Source: Epithemia pelagica (taxonomy: Eukaryota; Protista; Bacillariophyta). From it: DNA of 64,000 nt. Positions within the stretch are counted from its first letter, which is position 1. Every line of letters starts with the position of its first letter. The translations under genes were made by a program, and so were the position numbers. This document shows positions 22,075 through 32,308 of this stretch, piece by piece. Where the stretch lies: positions 2,976,001 to 3,040,000 of the forward strand of contig OX337232.1 in assembly GCA_946965045.2 (NCBI GenBank), read 5' to 3'. The notes below the pieces were generated by a model. The model saw only the letters and a program-made list of their open reading frames with translations. It was not told the DNA's origin and ran no database searches.

Positions 22075-23499
22075 ATGCCGATCGTCAACACAACTAACAA
22101 CATGACTCCCAAGAGCCAACGCACTAGTGCTTTGCTTGTGCAAACCCGCACAAACAATAGAACTGTTGCTCTCCGTTGGATCCAAAAGCTAAAGTCAAAG
22201 GCAGTTTCTTTGAGTTTGTTGTACAGTTTGGCCATCGCGTCCCTCATTACAACTGTCTACTATTGGAACAACATTGAGAGCAATTTCCGCCATGCCTCGA
22301 CAACACTTCAAGAGAGCCACCAAGTCTTTTTCTGTCATGTGCCCAACACCACAGACTACCGTGTTTCGGAGCACATCAGCTCGGCATCCACGATCATCGA
22401 ACCAATTGCTTCCACCAATTGTTCTCCTACAGCTCAGGTGAAGATATTTTTGGTACCCAGTGATGGAAAATATCATATGCAGTCGATTGACGATAAAGGA
22501 AATCCAAAGACGGTTGGTGGTGATGAGTTTTATGTATCCTACCATGAAGGGGATCTCGATCACCCGACAGCGGTCGCTTCTGTTCAAGACATGAACGATG
22601 GATCCTACATTCTTGACTTTGTGGAGGTTCCACTTCCTTTCCTTCATCCCATTGACTTGGAGAACTCCACGACGACTCCCGATAGTACTTTAGTAGTCAA
22701 TTTTCAGTACACATGCTTCATTGGGCACATGACACCACCGAGCAAGGCCAATTGGACGCATGGTGGGAGCAGTCTCGTATCTCACGCATTCAGCAATTTT
22801 CCCAAACCCCCCGTCCACCCATTTCAGAAGCCTGTATCAGCAATCAATCTGAGTGCGCATGACTATGTCTATGCTTTTGGTGACAGTGTGATGGAACAAT
22901 TTGTTCGCGCTAAGACAAAGTCTGATGAGTCCCCCAAGAATCTCGATTTTCATCGGAACGTCGGAAGACCGTTTTCAAGCACAGAGTTGGAAACATTGTG
23001 GAGAATGTTCCTACAAGGCGGTGACGCAAAACTCAAAGCGGCGTCCAATGGCGGGATCATTATGGGCTCTGCAGCTTGGGATATTTTGTCGGATGCTGCA
23101 ATGAGTGAAGGAGTTTCGTTCTGCAATGAGACTGCAAGAGAGCTCATTCGTCGAGTTCGTAAGCGCTATCCCACAGTTCCAATCTATTGGAAGTCTCCAA
23201 CTGCTTTGCATAATCACATGGTCCGTGTACCACGAACGTTGGAAGATATCAAACGAGCAAATAGGCATTTTGATCTCAAAACAGCAAATTGGTATTTTGT
23301 TTCTCGTGTCAAATACATGAGCACGTCTCGCGTGGAAAAACTGTATCACGAACAGAAGGATTTAATGTCAGAACTCAATGTTTCTGTGATGGATACATAT
23401 GAGGCCAGTTATTTGTCAGCAGATTGGTTAGTTCCAGGAGACGGTCGGCATTACCAGTCGGAATTCAATGGCCTCATGTTGAGCTGGTTCTACAAGTAG
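22075..23499 (+). CDS. NXPE/PC-esterase-like type II membrane protein (filamin-like Ig domain plus SGNH acyl-esterase/transferase)
   Basis: TM anchor (AVSLSLLYSLAIASLITTVYYW); GGDEFYV..V.DMNDGSY..F filamin-like segment; FGDS nucleophile block and DGRH (DxxH) motif. Confidence 0.75.
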   Translation: MPIVNTTNNMTPKSQRTSALLVQTRTNNRTVALRWIQKLKSKAVSLSLLYSLAIASLITTVYYWNNIESNFRHASTTLQESHQVFFCHVPNTTDYRVSEHISSASTIIEPIASTNCSPTAQVKIFLVPSDGKYHMQSIDDKGNPKTVGGDEFYVSYHEGDLDHPTAVASVQDMNDGSYILDFVEVPLPFLHPIDLENSTTTPDSTLVVNFQYTCFIGHMTPPSKANWTHGGSSLVSHAFSNFPKPPVHPFQKPVSAINLSAHDYVYAFGDSVMEQFVRAKTKSDESPKNLDFHRNVGRPFSSTELETLWRMFLQGGDAKLKAASNGGIIMGSAAWDILSDAAMSEGVSFCNETARELIRRVRKRYPTVPIYWKSPTALHNHMVRVPRTLEDIKRANRHFDLKTANWYFVSRVKYMSTSRVEKLYHEQKDLMSELNVSVMDTYEASYLSADWLVPGDGRHYQSEFNGLMLSWFYK

Positions 23500-23879
23500 T
23501 AACCATGGATCCGTTGCTTGAAATCTTCGAGCTTTTTTGGTTTCCTGGAATCAACGGTTAATTCCGCCGTTTGCTTTGGTCCTTAGCGTCATGGAGTCTC
23601 GGGATGAGACCATTGTCTTTGAGAGGCCTCCAAGCGTAGCTAGAGTGCCTGAGCGAGTTATTAGGTAAGATTACTCCAAATTATGGCCCTACCGGAACTC
23701 CTACCCCTAAGCGGAAGGGTGAGTCGTGAGGTTTCGTGAATGAGCGAAGATTTATGTTCGGACACAAAAAAGGCAGTCACTCTCATGACTCACCCTTCCG
23801 CTGGGGGGTACAGGAACTCCTATTGTACAAAAGTATAGCTGAGGTAGCAAGAGCTGTTCAACGACACATGAAATCACAC

Positions 23880-25011
23880 CGGCGGAACACCGCATCCACT
23901 TACCGGCCCTTTTGTCCCCGATGACGAGTATGGCACTCCACATGCCAAGACCTTCGATCCGATTCCGCTTGGCCAACCCTGTCTTCCGTACGACGATTCG
24001 TAGGAAACTCCGGATTCCCTTGTTTGTTGCCACCAACACAACTACCGACTCCAAATGCCGATGCCCTGCCCGGCAAATCCTTGACCCAGAAGGGGACCAC
24101 CTGTTCAACTGCGCGGCCACGTCAAAACTGCCCTCTCCAATGCCATTCGCGACACACTTTACGACATGCTGCGACACACGGCACCGCCCGCCAAAGTCGT
24201 CGACGGTCCGCACGATGTCCACGTTGAGCCGCCGGGTTTGACACCCGACCACAACCGCAACATCCGCCCCGCCGACGTGGGCCTCCGACTTGCTCATCCT
24301 CACCCCAACGAGCCTTTTTCGTATGCCGCAATCGACATCACCATCCCGCCGCCACAGAAAGCAGACCTTGCCCTTGACCCGTCCGACCCTCTCTCCATCG
24401 CCGCCGCTGCATCCAGGACGCATCAAGACTCCGCAAGAGCGAAATTCTGTCGCGATCCCGAAACCGCCCAACATTTACTCCGCAACGGAGTTTACCTTGT
24501 ACCCTTCACCGTCGATCACTTAGGATCGCTGGGTTCGTTTGCCCAGACGCTCCTCTTCCACCCAGACAACCACCCACACCCTTTCTCCACGGCCGTCCCA
24601 CCATCCTGGCCAAACCCTCACTTCGGCAAGGCGCCGGCACGAAGCATCCAACACCCGGCGGCATACGTCTTGTACCAACAACTCGACCGAGCACCGCACC
24701 ACATTTTCGACAAAGCAAACACCGACACCAAATTCCGCGATTATGACGCCAACATCTTCTCCCTCTCCCATTACGCCAAGGCTTCGCTCTCTCATGCCAT
24801 CATTTCCGCCCTCGCCATCCATGCGAACAACCAAATCAGTGCCATCCGAGAATCTGCTGTACAACGACGATTCCGGGCCACCCAAATGACCAACCTGGCT
24901 ACCACAAATTATGCTCCAGTGACACCAATCTACTCCCCCCGGTCCCTCTCGGAATTCTTCCCGGATACCGCCGTACCACCGCTCCTCTGCATGCCCACCG
25001 CTGAGGCGTAA
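23880..25011 (+). mobile_element. 5'-truncated non-LTR retrotransposon remnant (RLE-bearing LINE, CRE/NeSL-like), frameshifted near 24125
   Basis: LANPVFRTTIRRKLRIPL, zinc knuckle CRC..GDHLFNC, then after a 1-nt shift SNAIRDTL..VEPPGL..RPADV..AIDITI..ARAKF (PD-(D/E)xK-type RLE). No RT domain is present. Confidence 0.7.
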
Positions 25012-25280
25012 CACGTAGTCTAATAACACACCGTAATAGACAAATTCCAAAAAACACAAGACAACGTAGCAAAGCAAGTTGACCTGTCAAAGCGGGCGAC
25101 AATTGCAACTCTTGAAGAACGAGGAAAGATCAAGACACTCCGGACTACGACCCTTGCCGCATCTCTCTCAAACTACAATATGGGAACCACTGCCAGTAGT
25201 CCTCCTCCTTTACCGGAAGAGGATCCAACGAAACCCAAGAAGAAGGTGGTGTGTGAAAATTGCGCTCCCAGTACCCAACA

Positions 25281-25753
25281 TGTTCAAAAGATCTACGTAA
25301 TCGTCCGGGAATGGACCCGGGACTCCCATTCGGAAGTAGGAAATCGGCCGAAGAAAAGATGAGCATCATTCATCTTGAGAATTTGTCCCTCAAAGGACAA
25401 GAACGACGGGCATCCAAACAAGATGCTCACGAACGATACAACAAAGACAACGCGTCATCGTCATGAGCGTTTAGAAATGACAAACCGGCCCAATTCAACT
25501 GATACAGGCCAAAAGAATAACTGGCATTGCCTAAAAGGAACAACGGCCAAGAACGGGCAGGAGACACCCATTTAGGAAAACAAGATCGATGGACGATTGA
25601 GCTATCGCCCAACCATCGACTCAACGCATCAAAAGGAAAGACCTCAACGCCTTAGGCTACAACACCCTAGATTAACCAAATAAACTCACAACTTAACTTC
25701 GTTTACACGGGTTGAGCTCTTTCTCTTTTACCTACGGTAGGGAGAAAACAACA
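25281..25753 (+). repeat. 5' LTR
   Basis: Base-for-base match to 31141..31613 on reading. Confidence 0.95.
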
Positions 25754-25767
25754 CGCTTCCTCTGCGC
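25754..25767 (+). promoter_or_regulatory. Putative primer-binding site complementary to the D-arm of initiator tRNA-Met
   Basis: CGCTTCCTCTGCGC; its reverse complement GCGCAGAGGAAGCG matches eukaryotic tRNAi GCGCAG(C/T)GGAAGCG at 13/14. Confidence 0.65.
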
Positions 25768-25803
25768 TGTTAACAGCTTACACGTTGTCACTCAAGAATC
25801 ACC

Positions 25804-27057
25804 ATGGCCGCGAACTTCGCTCTATCTCCAGCCCACGCCAACGCCAATCAAGTGATCAACTTCACGACGGCAGGAGGCGCCAAGTTTTACAAGCAAGCGA
25901 CACGTGGATTGTACGATGGTGGTGACCTTTACGACCTCAACGCAGAAGGATTGAAAACGTTCCTCGATACCTTGCAGGATCGGATCGTGGAACAGAACTG
26001 GACGTCTATCTTTTCGATTCCAGAAGCAATCGCCGCTCCAGCCGCAAACCCTCGTAACTTGACGTCCGAATACGGTCGCGTCTCTCTTCAACAAGTCCGA
26101 GCCTTCGTCGACCATTACAATGGGCAGAATCGTCAGACGCAGAACTCATACATGGCCTACACATGTATCATGGCTTCACTTACCGAAGACGCAAAGGCAC
26201 AAGTGAATATTCGACGCGAAGATTTTACGATCAATGGCCGCGGAGCTGGACCTCTCCTTCTCAAGGTTATCGTCTCGCTTGCTCACGTGGACACGGAAGC
26301 CACGGTTATGGTACTCCGCCAACGCCTGGCCGACTTGCACGTGTACATTATGGACATCAACGCGGACATCGCCAAGTTCAATTTCTATGTGGATGAAACC
26401 CTTCGAGCCCTCAACGCGCGCGGCGAGCAAACTCTGGACCTCCTTCCCAACCTTTTCAAGGCGTATGAAAATGTGAACGACGATAACTTTCTGGAGTTTA
26501 TCCGTCGCAAGAAGAACGCATATGAAGAAGGTGACAATCCGGGATTGACCCCGCGCCAACTTATGACATTGGCACGCACCAAGTATCAGACCTTGATCGA
26601 GCAAAAGAAATGGCAGGCGCTATCGGCACGTGACCAGAAACTGATCGCTCTCGAAGCATCCGTGAACAAACTCAAGGACTCGAAACGTAAGGCAGTACAG
26701 ACGGACCAAAAGAAACAGTCAGCTAAAGTGAAGACGGACAAGACGACGGACACCGACAAGGGATGGCTTACGATTGGTCCCAAGAGCGGGCAACCGGAGG
26801 TTAAAGAAGTTAACGGCAAGACTTGGTATTGGTGCAAATGGCACCAGAAGTGGTCAACTAACAAGAATCACACGTCTGCGACATGCAACGGACGTGGTCT
26901 TACTGGAGACAAGAAACGCGCTTATGACGAAGCTCACGGGACTGGTGACGGTGGAAGTCAAGCTGATTCATCTACCCCAGGACTCCGCCTAGCAAGTGCC
27001 TTAGCTAACCTGTCTCCAGACGACGAAGAAGATGACGATGACAGCAACGACGAGTGA
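25804..27057 (+). CDS. gag: Copia Gag (417 aa) with variant C-x2-H-x8-H-x4-C knuckle
   Basis: First ORF after the PBS; WYWCKWHQKWSTNKNHTSATC; ends in TGA at 27055-27057. Confidence 0.85.
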   Translation: MAANFALSPAHANANQVINFTTAGGAKFYKQATRGLYDGGDLYDLNAEGLKTFLDTLQDRIVEQNWTSIFSIPEAIAAPAANPRNLTSEYGRVSLQQVRAFVDHYNGQNRQTQNSYMAYTCIMASLTEDAKAQVNIRREDFTINGRGAGPLLLKVIVSLAHVDTEATVMVLRQRLADLHVYIMDINADIAKFNFYVDETLRALNARGEQTLDLLPNLFKAYENVNDDNFLEFIRRKKNAYEEGDNPGLTPRQLMTLARTKYQTLIEQKKWQALSARDQKLIALEASVNKLKDSKRKAVQTDQKKQSAKVKTDKTTDTDKGWLTIGPKSGQPEVKEVNGKTWYWCKWHQKWSTNKNHTSATCNGRGLTGDKKRAYDEAHGTGDGGSQADSSTPGLRLASALANLSPDDEEDDDDSNDE

Positions 27058-30000
27058 CAACCAAACCCGGGGTGGCTCCCCGGGCTGCTTCAAGACATCA
27101 AGCAGCTCATATACACAGTATTAGTGACGATCGTGTTATCAGGTTATACTATACTGTGTTTCGAGCTATGGTCCCCTAGACGAACTACCATCGACTACTG
27201 GCTAAAGACCGCAAGCAACGCATGCGACCAGATGGCGACTACTATGGCGACCGCAATCAAGACGAAGAAGAAAAGACGACTCGACCATGGTAAACTACGA
27301 CGACGGAGGAAGATGACCGGACTCCTAAGAGCATTATGCATGGCGACGATTCTTACTTCAACAACTGGATTAGTATCCAACAGAGCGGCCCATGACGTCG
27401 GATTCGATACCGACAGCCGCAAAGTACTCATCGACAACTGTGCCACTGCGTCCATCACCAACGACATCAACGACTGTTGCACGAAACCAGTCAAGATTAA
27501 GCGACGAGTGAAAGGAGTGGCCGGGACGTTCCACCCAGACATTTACGAGACGACAATACGATGGGATATCGAGGACGACGATGGGAAAATACATACAATC
27601 ACGCTCCCCCGATCATTCTACATCCCATCAACGCCGACGCGACTCTTGTCTCCACAACACTGGGCTCAAACCGCAAAAGACAACAAACCTGTACCGAGAG
27701 GGACTCGATGCACAACGTATGGTAACAGTATCGAACTCGTGTGGGGACAAGGACACTTCAAACGAACAGTGCCGCTCAACAAGAAGGGATCAAACGTTGG
27801 AGAATTCACAACGGCCCCAGGCTTTACACGATACGAGACGTTCTGCAAGAAAGCGGGCACAACAATCGAACAAGAAGATAACAAACCACTGTTAGCTCAC
27901 AACGCGAATCTTATCGAAGACGACGACGAGTCCATCATGGAACGATCTCCAGCAACGGTCGGAGAAGACGAATCGACAGACGACGAGAGTATTTTCCAAA
28001 ACGACAATCTCGACGACGAGGAAAATGAGAAGTACTTTCCGAGTAGAGACGTACCGATGACTACAGAATTTCTCATCGGTCCGAATGAAACGGTACACGT
28101 GATCCCCAACGAAGAAGAACGACTACCCGAGAGTCCAACGCTAGAGTTACTGAGGACTCACCACCGTATGGGACACCTTTCTATGGCTAAGATCCAATCA
28201 ATGGCACGCCAGGATATACTCCCAAAACGACTGGCTAATTGCAAAATACCTGTTTGTACAGCATGCATGTACGGAAAGGCGACCAGACGCCCATGGAGAA
28301 TTAAGGGTCATCGAGGTACATTGGACGTCATGACGTCACCAGGACAATGCGTATCCGTGGATCAAATGATATCCAAGACTCCAGGGTATATAGCCCACTT
28401 ACGGGGGACTCCAACACGGGACCGATATAAGGTGGCTACTATCTTTGTGGATCACTATTCAGGTATAGGTTACGTTCACTTGCAGAGAACTACATCGGCA
28501 AAAGACACTATAGAAGCTAAAGATCGATTCGAAGCATGGGCCGATACGCATGGAGTTGCAATTCGTCATTACCATGCCGATAACGGTATCTTCGCTGACA
28601 ACAAGTTCCGAGAAGCCGTCCAAGCGAAAGGCCAACGCCTTACCTTCAGTGGGGTCAACGCACACTTCCAGAGCGGTATGGCCGAACGCCGCATTCGGGA
28701 CCTACAAGAATCAGCACGAACCATGCTAATTCATGCACAGAGACGCTGGCCGTCCACCATAACGACGAACCTATGGCCCTACGCCATAAGATACGCCAAC
28801 GACATGTTCAACGAAGCACCTATGAAGAAACAGAAAGACAAAACTCCAATGGAGTTATTCACTGGTTCAACAGTTCGGTTCAATACAAGACTAGCCCATA
28901 CGTTCGGGTGTCCCGCTTACGTGCTTGACAACGATCTCCAGAGTGGAACACCTATCCCGAAATGGTCAGAACGCGCTCGGGTTGGCATTTTCTTGGGATA
29001 CTCTCCGCAACATTCTAGAACCATTGGGCTTATTCTATCACTATCATCCGGATTGACGTCACCTCAGTTCCATGTGCAGTACGACGACGCTTTCGAAACA
29101 CTAAGGGCGAGTTTCGGAGAAACCCCGCCAGTATCACAATGGCAGTACAAAGCAGGATTTACGGAAAGAGCCCCACGAATGAGGGAGACAGCTAGTGAAC
29201 CTCAACTCGGAAGCACAGCGACGTCACCAAGGAGAACAAGAATCGCAAACGACGTGCCACATGACAACGATGTATCACATAATGAAGAACCGTCCTCGGA
29301 CACTATGCATCCTACCTTAGATGAGGGAGAAACGCTACCCCAACATGAGGGAGCTAGGCGGTCGCAACGTACAACCCGTCGGACTCAGAGGTATCAGGAC
29401 TATTTGACATCGCTACAAGACGAAAACGACGCCATTGCAGAATTAGCTATCACTGCTAACCCAGCGATTACGGTCAAGACAGCCCAAGCAAACAGTAACC
29501 CAGATGTAATGTACTGGCATGAAGCTATGAAACAGAAGGATCGAGAAGAGTTCATCAAAGCCGCTCAGAAAGAAGTACAAGATCATAGCGACAATGGGCT
29601 ATGGGAAGTTGTCAAAAGGAAGGACATTCCGAAAGGAGCATTGATTTCACGCGGAGTATGGAGCTGTGTCCGAAAACGAAGACTCAAAACAAGAGAAGTC
29701 TATAAATGGAAATCAAGGCTAGCTTACGACGGGTCTATGCAAGAAAAGGGAGTCAACTACTGGGAAACATATGCCCCAGTTATTCAATGGCCGGTCGTAC
29801 GTTTTGTCTTAACTATGGCACTTACTCAAGGATGGCATATCAAGCAAGTTGATTACGTCTTGGCGTATACGCAAGCAGTGGCGGAGACCGACATGTATAT
29901 GGAGGCGCCAAGGAGCTTTACATTCGACACCAAAGGCAATCAACGAGCCGAGGATTACGTGCTCAAAATCAAGCAAAATTATTACGGCCAGAAACAAGGA

Positions 30001-31113
30001 GCCCGAGTATGGAACCAACACTTGGTCAAGCGGCTGAAAAACGTGGGTTTCCAACAGAGTGCATATGATGAATGCCTCTTTTACCACGGAAAGTGCGTGT
30101 ACATTTTGTACACTGATGACTCTCTCTTGATGGGCCCAGACCAAGACGAGCTAAACAGGTTGATTGTCACAATGGAAGAAAGTGGATTGAAGATGACATA
30201 CGAGGACGGAGTAAATGATTTTCTCGGAGTCAACGTTGAAAAGAAAGACGATGAAACTATCCATTTGACCCAACCACATTTGATCGACTCGATCCTCCAC
30301 GACCTTCACTTGACCGACGAAACAACCAAGACAAAAGACACACCGGCACCCACAACGGTACGACTAAGACAAGATCAGGACGGGAAGCCTTTTGACGGGC
30401 ACTTCCATTATCGAGCCGCAATAGGAAAACTGAATTTTCTGGAAAAGAGCACTCGGCCAGATATCAGTTTCGCCGTTCACCAATGTGCAAGATTTTGTGA
30501 GAGTCCACGAGCAATACATGGCAAAGCAGTAAAACACATTGCACGTTACCTTGCTGCCACAAAGAAGAAGGGGATCATCCTCAACCCAGACGAGACACAG
30601 TCGTTCCAAGTCTTCGCAGACGCCGACTTCGCAGGCAATTTCAATAAGCTGGACCACCCGAATCGGGACATGGCACGATCGAGAACAGGGTTCGCAGTCT
30701 TCTATGCAGGTTGTCCCATCCTGTGGCAATCCAAATTGCAGTCAGAGATCGCATTATCAACAACCGAAGCCGAGATTATAAGCCTCTCACATGCATTACG
30801 TACCGTGATCCCATTGATGTCCATCACTCGAGAGATGAAGGAATTGGGTTTCCCAGTACTATCCACAACGCCACAAGTCCACTGCAAGGCATTCGAAGAT
30901 AACAGTGGCGCTGTGGAATTAGCAACCGTATACAAGTATCGCCCTCGAACACGATATCTCTGCACCAAGTTGTTCCACTTCAAATCTTTTGTGGAACGAA
31001 AGGAGATCGAGATCCTCCCATGCGCGACAGACGACCAGACGGCAGATATCTTCACAAAATCTCTTAGCACAACGCCCTTCGAGAAACACCGCATGAAACT
31101 TCAAGGATGGTAG
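27058..31113 (+). CDS. pol: Copia Pol (protease, GAG-pre-integrase, integrase, RT, RNase H), in frame with gag
   Basis: LIDNCAT protease; HHRMGH..CTAC; VSVD/ADNG/MAER DDE core; YTDD RT; FADADFAG, STTEAE, FEDN and ADIFTK RNase H. No stop between 27058 and 31111. Confidence 0.95.
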   Translation, partial: QPNPGWLPGLLQDIKQLIYTVLVTIVLSGYTILCFELWSPRRTTIDYWLKTASNACDQMATTMATAIKTKKKRRLDHGKLRRRRKMTGLLRALCMATILTSTTGLVSNRAAHDVGFDTDSRKVLIDNCATASITNDINDCCTKPVKIKRRVKGVAGTFHPDIYETTIRWDIEDDDGKIHTITLPRSFYIPSTPTRLLSPQHWAQTAKDNKPVPRGTRCTTYGNSIELVWGQGHFKRTVPLNKKGSNVGEFTTAPGFTRYETFCKKAGTTIEQEDNKPLLAHNANLIEDDDESIMERSPATVGEDESTDDESIFQNDNLDDEENEKYFPSRDVPMTTEFLIGPNETVHVIPNEEERLPESPTLELLRTHHRMGHLSMAKIQSMARQDILPKRLANCKIPVCTACMYGKATRRPWRIKGHRGTLDVMTSPGQCVSVDQMISKTPGYIAHLRGTPTRDRYKVATIFVDHYSGIGYVHLQRTTSAKDTIEAKDRFEAWADTHGVAIRHYHADNGIFADNKFREAVQAKGQRLTFSGVNAHFQSGMAERRIRDLQESARTMLIHAQRRWPSTITTNLWPYAIRYANDMFNEAPMKKQKDKTPMELFTGSTVRFNTRLAHTFGCPAYVLDNDLQSGTPIPKWSERARVGIFLGYSPQHSRTIGLILSLSSGLTSPQFHVQYDDAFETLRASFGETPPVSQWQYKAGFTERAPRMRETASEPQLGSTATSPRRTRIANDVPHDNDVSHNEEPSSDTMHPTLDEGETLPQHEGARRSQRTTRRTQRYQDYLTSLQDENDAIAELAITANPAITVKTAQANSNPDVMYWHEAMKQKDREEFIKAAQKEVQDHSDNGLWEVVKRKDIPKGALISRGVWSCVRKRRLKTREVYKWKSRLAYDGSMQEKGVNYWETYAPVIQWPVVRFVLTMALTQGWHIKQVDYVLAYTQAVAETDMYMEAPRSFTFDTKGNQRAEDYVLKIKQNYYGQKQGARVWNQHLVKRLKNVGFQQSAYDECLFYHGKCVYILYTDDSLLMGPDQDELNRLIVTMEESGLKMTYEDGVNDFLGVNVEKKDDETIHLTQPHLIDSILHDLHLTDETTKTKDTPAPTTVRLRQDQDGKPFDGHFHYRAAIGKLNFLEKSTRPDISFAVHQCARFCESPRAIHGKAVKHIARYLAATKKKGIILNPDETQSFQVFADADFAGNFNKLDHPNRDMARSRTGFAVFYAGCPILWQSKLQSEIALSTTEAEIISLSHALRTVIPLMSITREMKELGFPVLSTTPQVHCKAFEDNSGAVELATVYKYRPRTRYLCTKLFHFKSFVERKEIEILPCATDDQTADIFTKSLSTTPFEKHRMKLQGW

Positions 31114-31131
31114 CATCATCTTTCCCCGTCC

Positions 31132-31140
31132 GTGAGGGAG
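31132..31140 (+). promoter_or_regulatory. Polypurine tract
   Basis: GTGAGGGAG abutting the TG of the 3' LTR. Confidence 0.8.
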
Positions 31141-31613
31141 TGTTCAAAAGATCTACGTAATCGTCCGGGAATGGACCCGGGACTCCCATTCGGAAGTAGG
31201 AAATCGGCCGAAGAAAAGATGAGCATCATTCATCTTGAGAATTTGTCCCTCAAAGGACAAGAACGACGGGCATCCAAACAAGATGCTCACGAACGATACA
31301 ACAAAGACAACGCGTCATCGTCATGAGCGTTTAGAAATGACAAACCGGCCCAATTCAACTGATACAGGCCAAAAGAATAACTGGCATTGCCTAAAAGGAA
31401 CAACGGCCAAGAACGGGCAGGAGACACCCATTTAGGAAAACAAGATCGATGGACGATTGAGCTATCGCCCAACCATCGACTCAACGCATCAAAAGGAAAG
31501 ACCTCAACGCCTTAGGCTACAACACCCTAGATTAACCAAATAAACTCACAACTTAACTTCGTTTACACGGGTTGAGCTCTTTCTCTTTTACCTACGGTAG
31601 GGAGAAAACAACA
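31141..31613 (+). repeat. 3' LTR
   Basis: Identical to the 5' LTR. Confidence 0.95.
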
Positions 31614-32308
31614 CCAACAGGAAATGCCCCCGGATTCCCGAGTTCAGGATCAGTGTCACGACAGTTATCAACAAGTGGATCAATGCATGAAAGCCAATCG
31701 GGGACAAGTTTCGCACTGTGTCGAGGAATGGCAAGCCTTTCGAACCTGTCATGACACCAAGGTGGCCGTTCGACGAGACTGAATGCACAAAAAAAGGACG
31801 ACGACGACAGGGTGTCCAACCATTGAAACCACATTGGTCTCTGCCAAATATCGAGAGGACAAATGAGTTTGGCAGCAAGAGAAATCTCGTTGTCTGAAAT
31901 GGAACTCCACCACCAAACGACACCTACAACTTGCTATTAAAAAAACAGTGGGGAAGGAACCTTTTTCGTATGGAGAACACGTGTTCTGTACCGCTGGTTG
32001 GCTCGGTTTCGTGACATGCCTGGCATTGTGGGTTGTCGGTGATGACTGTGAACGAGGAACATGATACCTTGCAACGCCGTCACAAAAGAGGGGATTGTCT
32101 CAAATGGTCTACCTTTAAAATAATTTTGAAGTGACAAACATTCGTCTTCCAAGTATACTCCAATCAATTATTATTCCACCTGCAGAGAAATGGTTTCGTC
32201 ACTGTGCGACAAAAATCAAACGTGCACCAGCGTGGTTACAAAAGACAACACGGCATTCCGGTGGATGTTCATCATGACTGAATTTACAAAATATAATAAT
32301 AGACTGAG

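Larger units (their letters stand above)
25281..31613 (+). mobile_element. Full-length Ty1/copia LTR retrotransposon (CoDi-like), 6333 bp, recent
   Basis: Identical 473-bp LTRs (TGTT..AACA), target duplication CCAACA on both flanks, gag, then PR-IN-RT-RH order, PPT GTGAGGGAG before the 3' LTR. Confidence 0.97.
25180..31782 (+). pseudogene. Small twin-CX9C (CHCH) gene, 87 aa, split by the copia insertion (25180..25280 + 31620..31782)
   Basis: Removing the element and one target copy restores MGTTASSPPPLPEEDPTKPKKKVVCENCAPSTQQEMPPDSRVQDQ-CHDSYQQVDQC-MKANRGQVSH-CVEEWQAFRTC-HDTKVAVRRD*. Confidence 0.9.

Noticed and set aside
25720-25747. Hairpin at the LTR U5 end (CCTAC-G-GTAGG with TTTCTC/GAGAAA)
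   Set aside because: Short and bulged; too weak to call without folding and conservation data.
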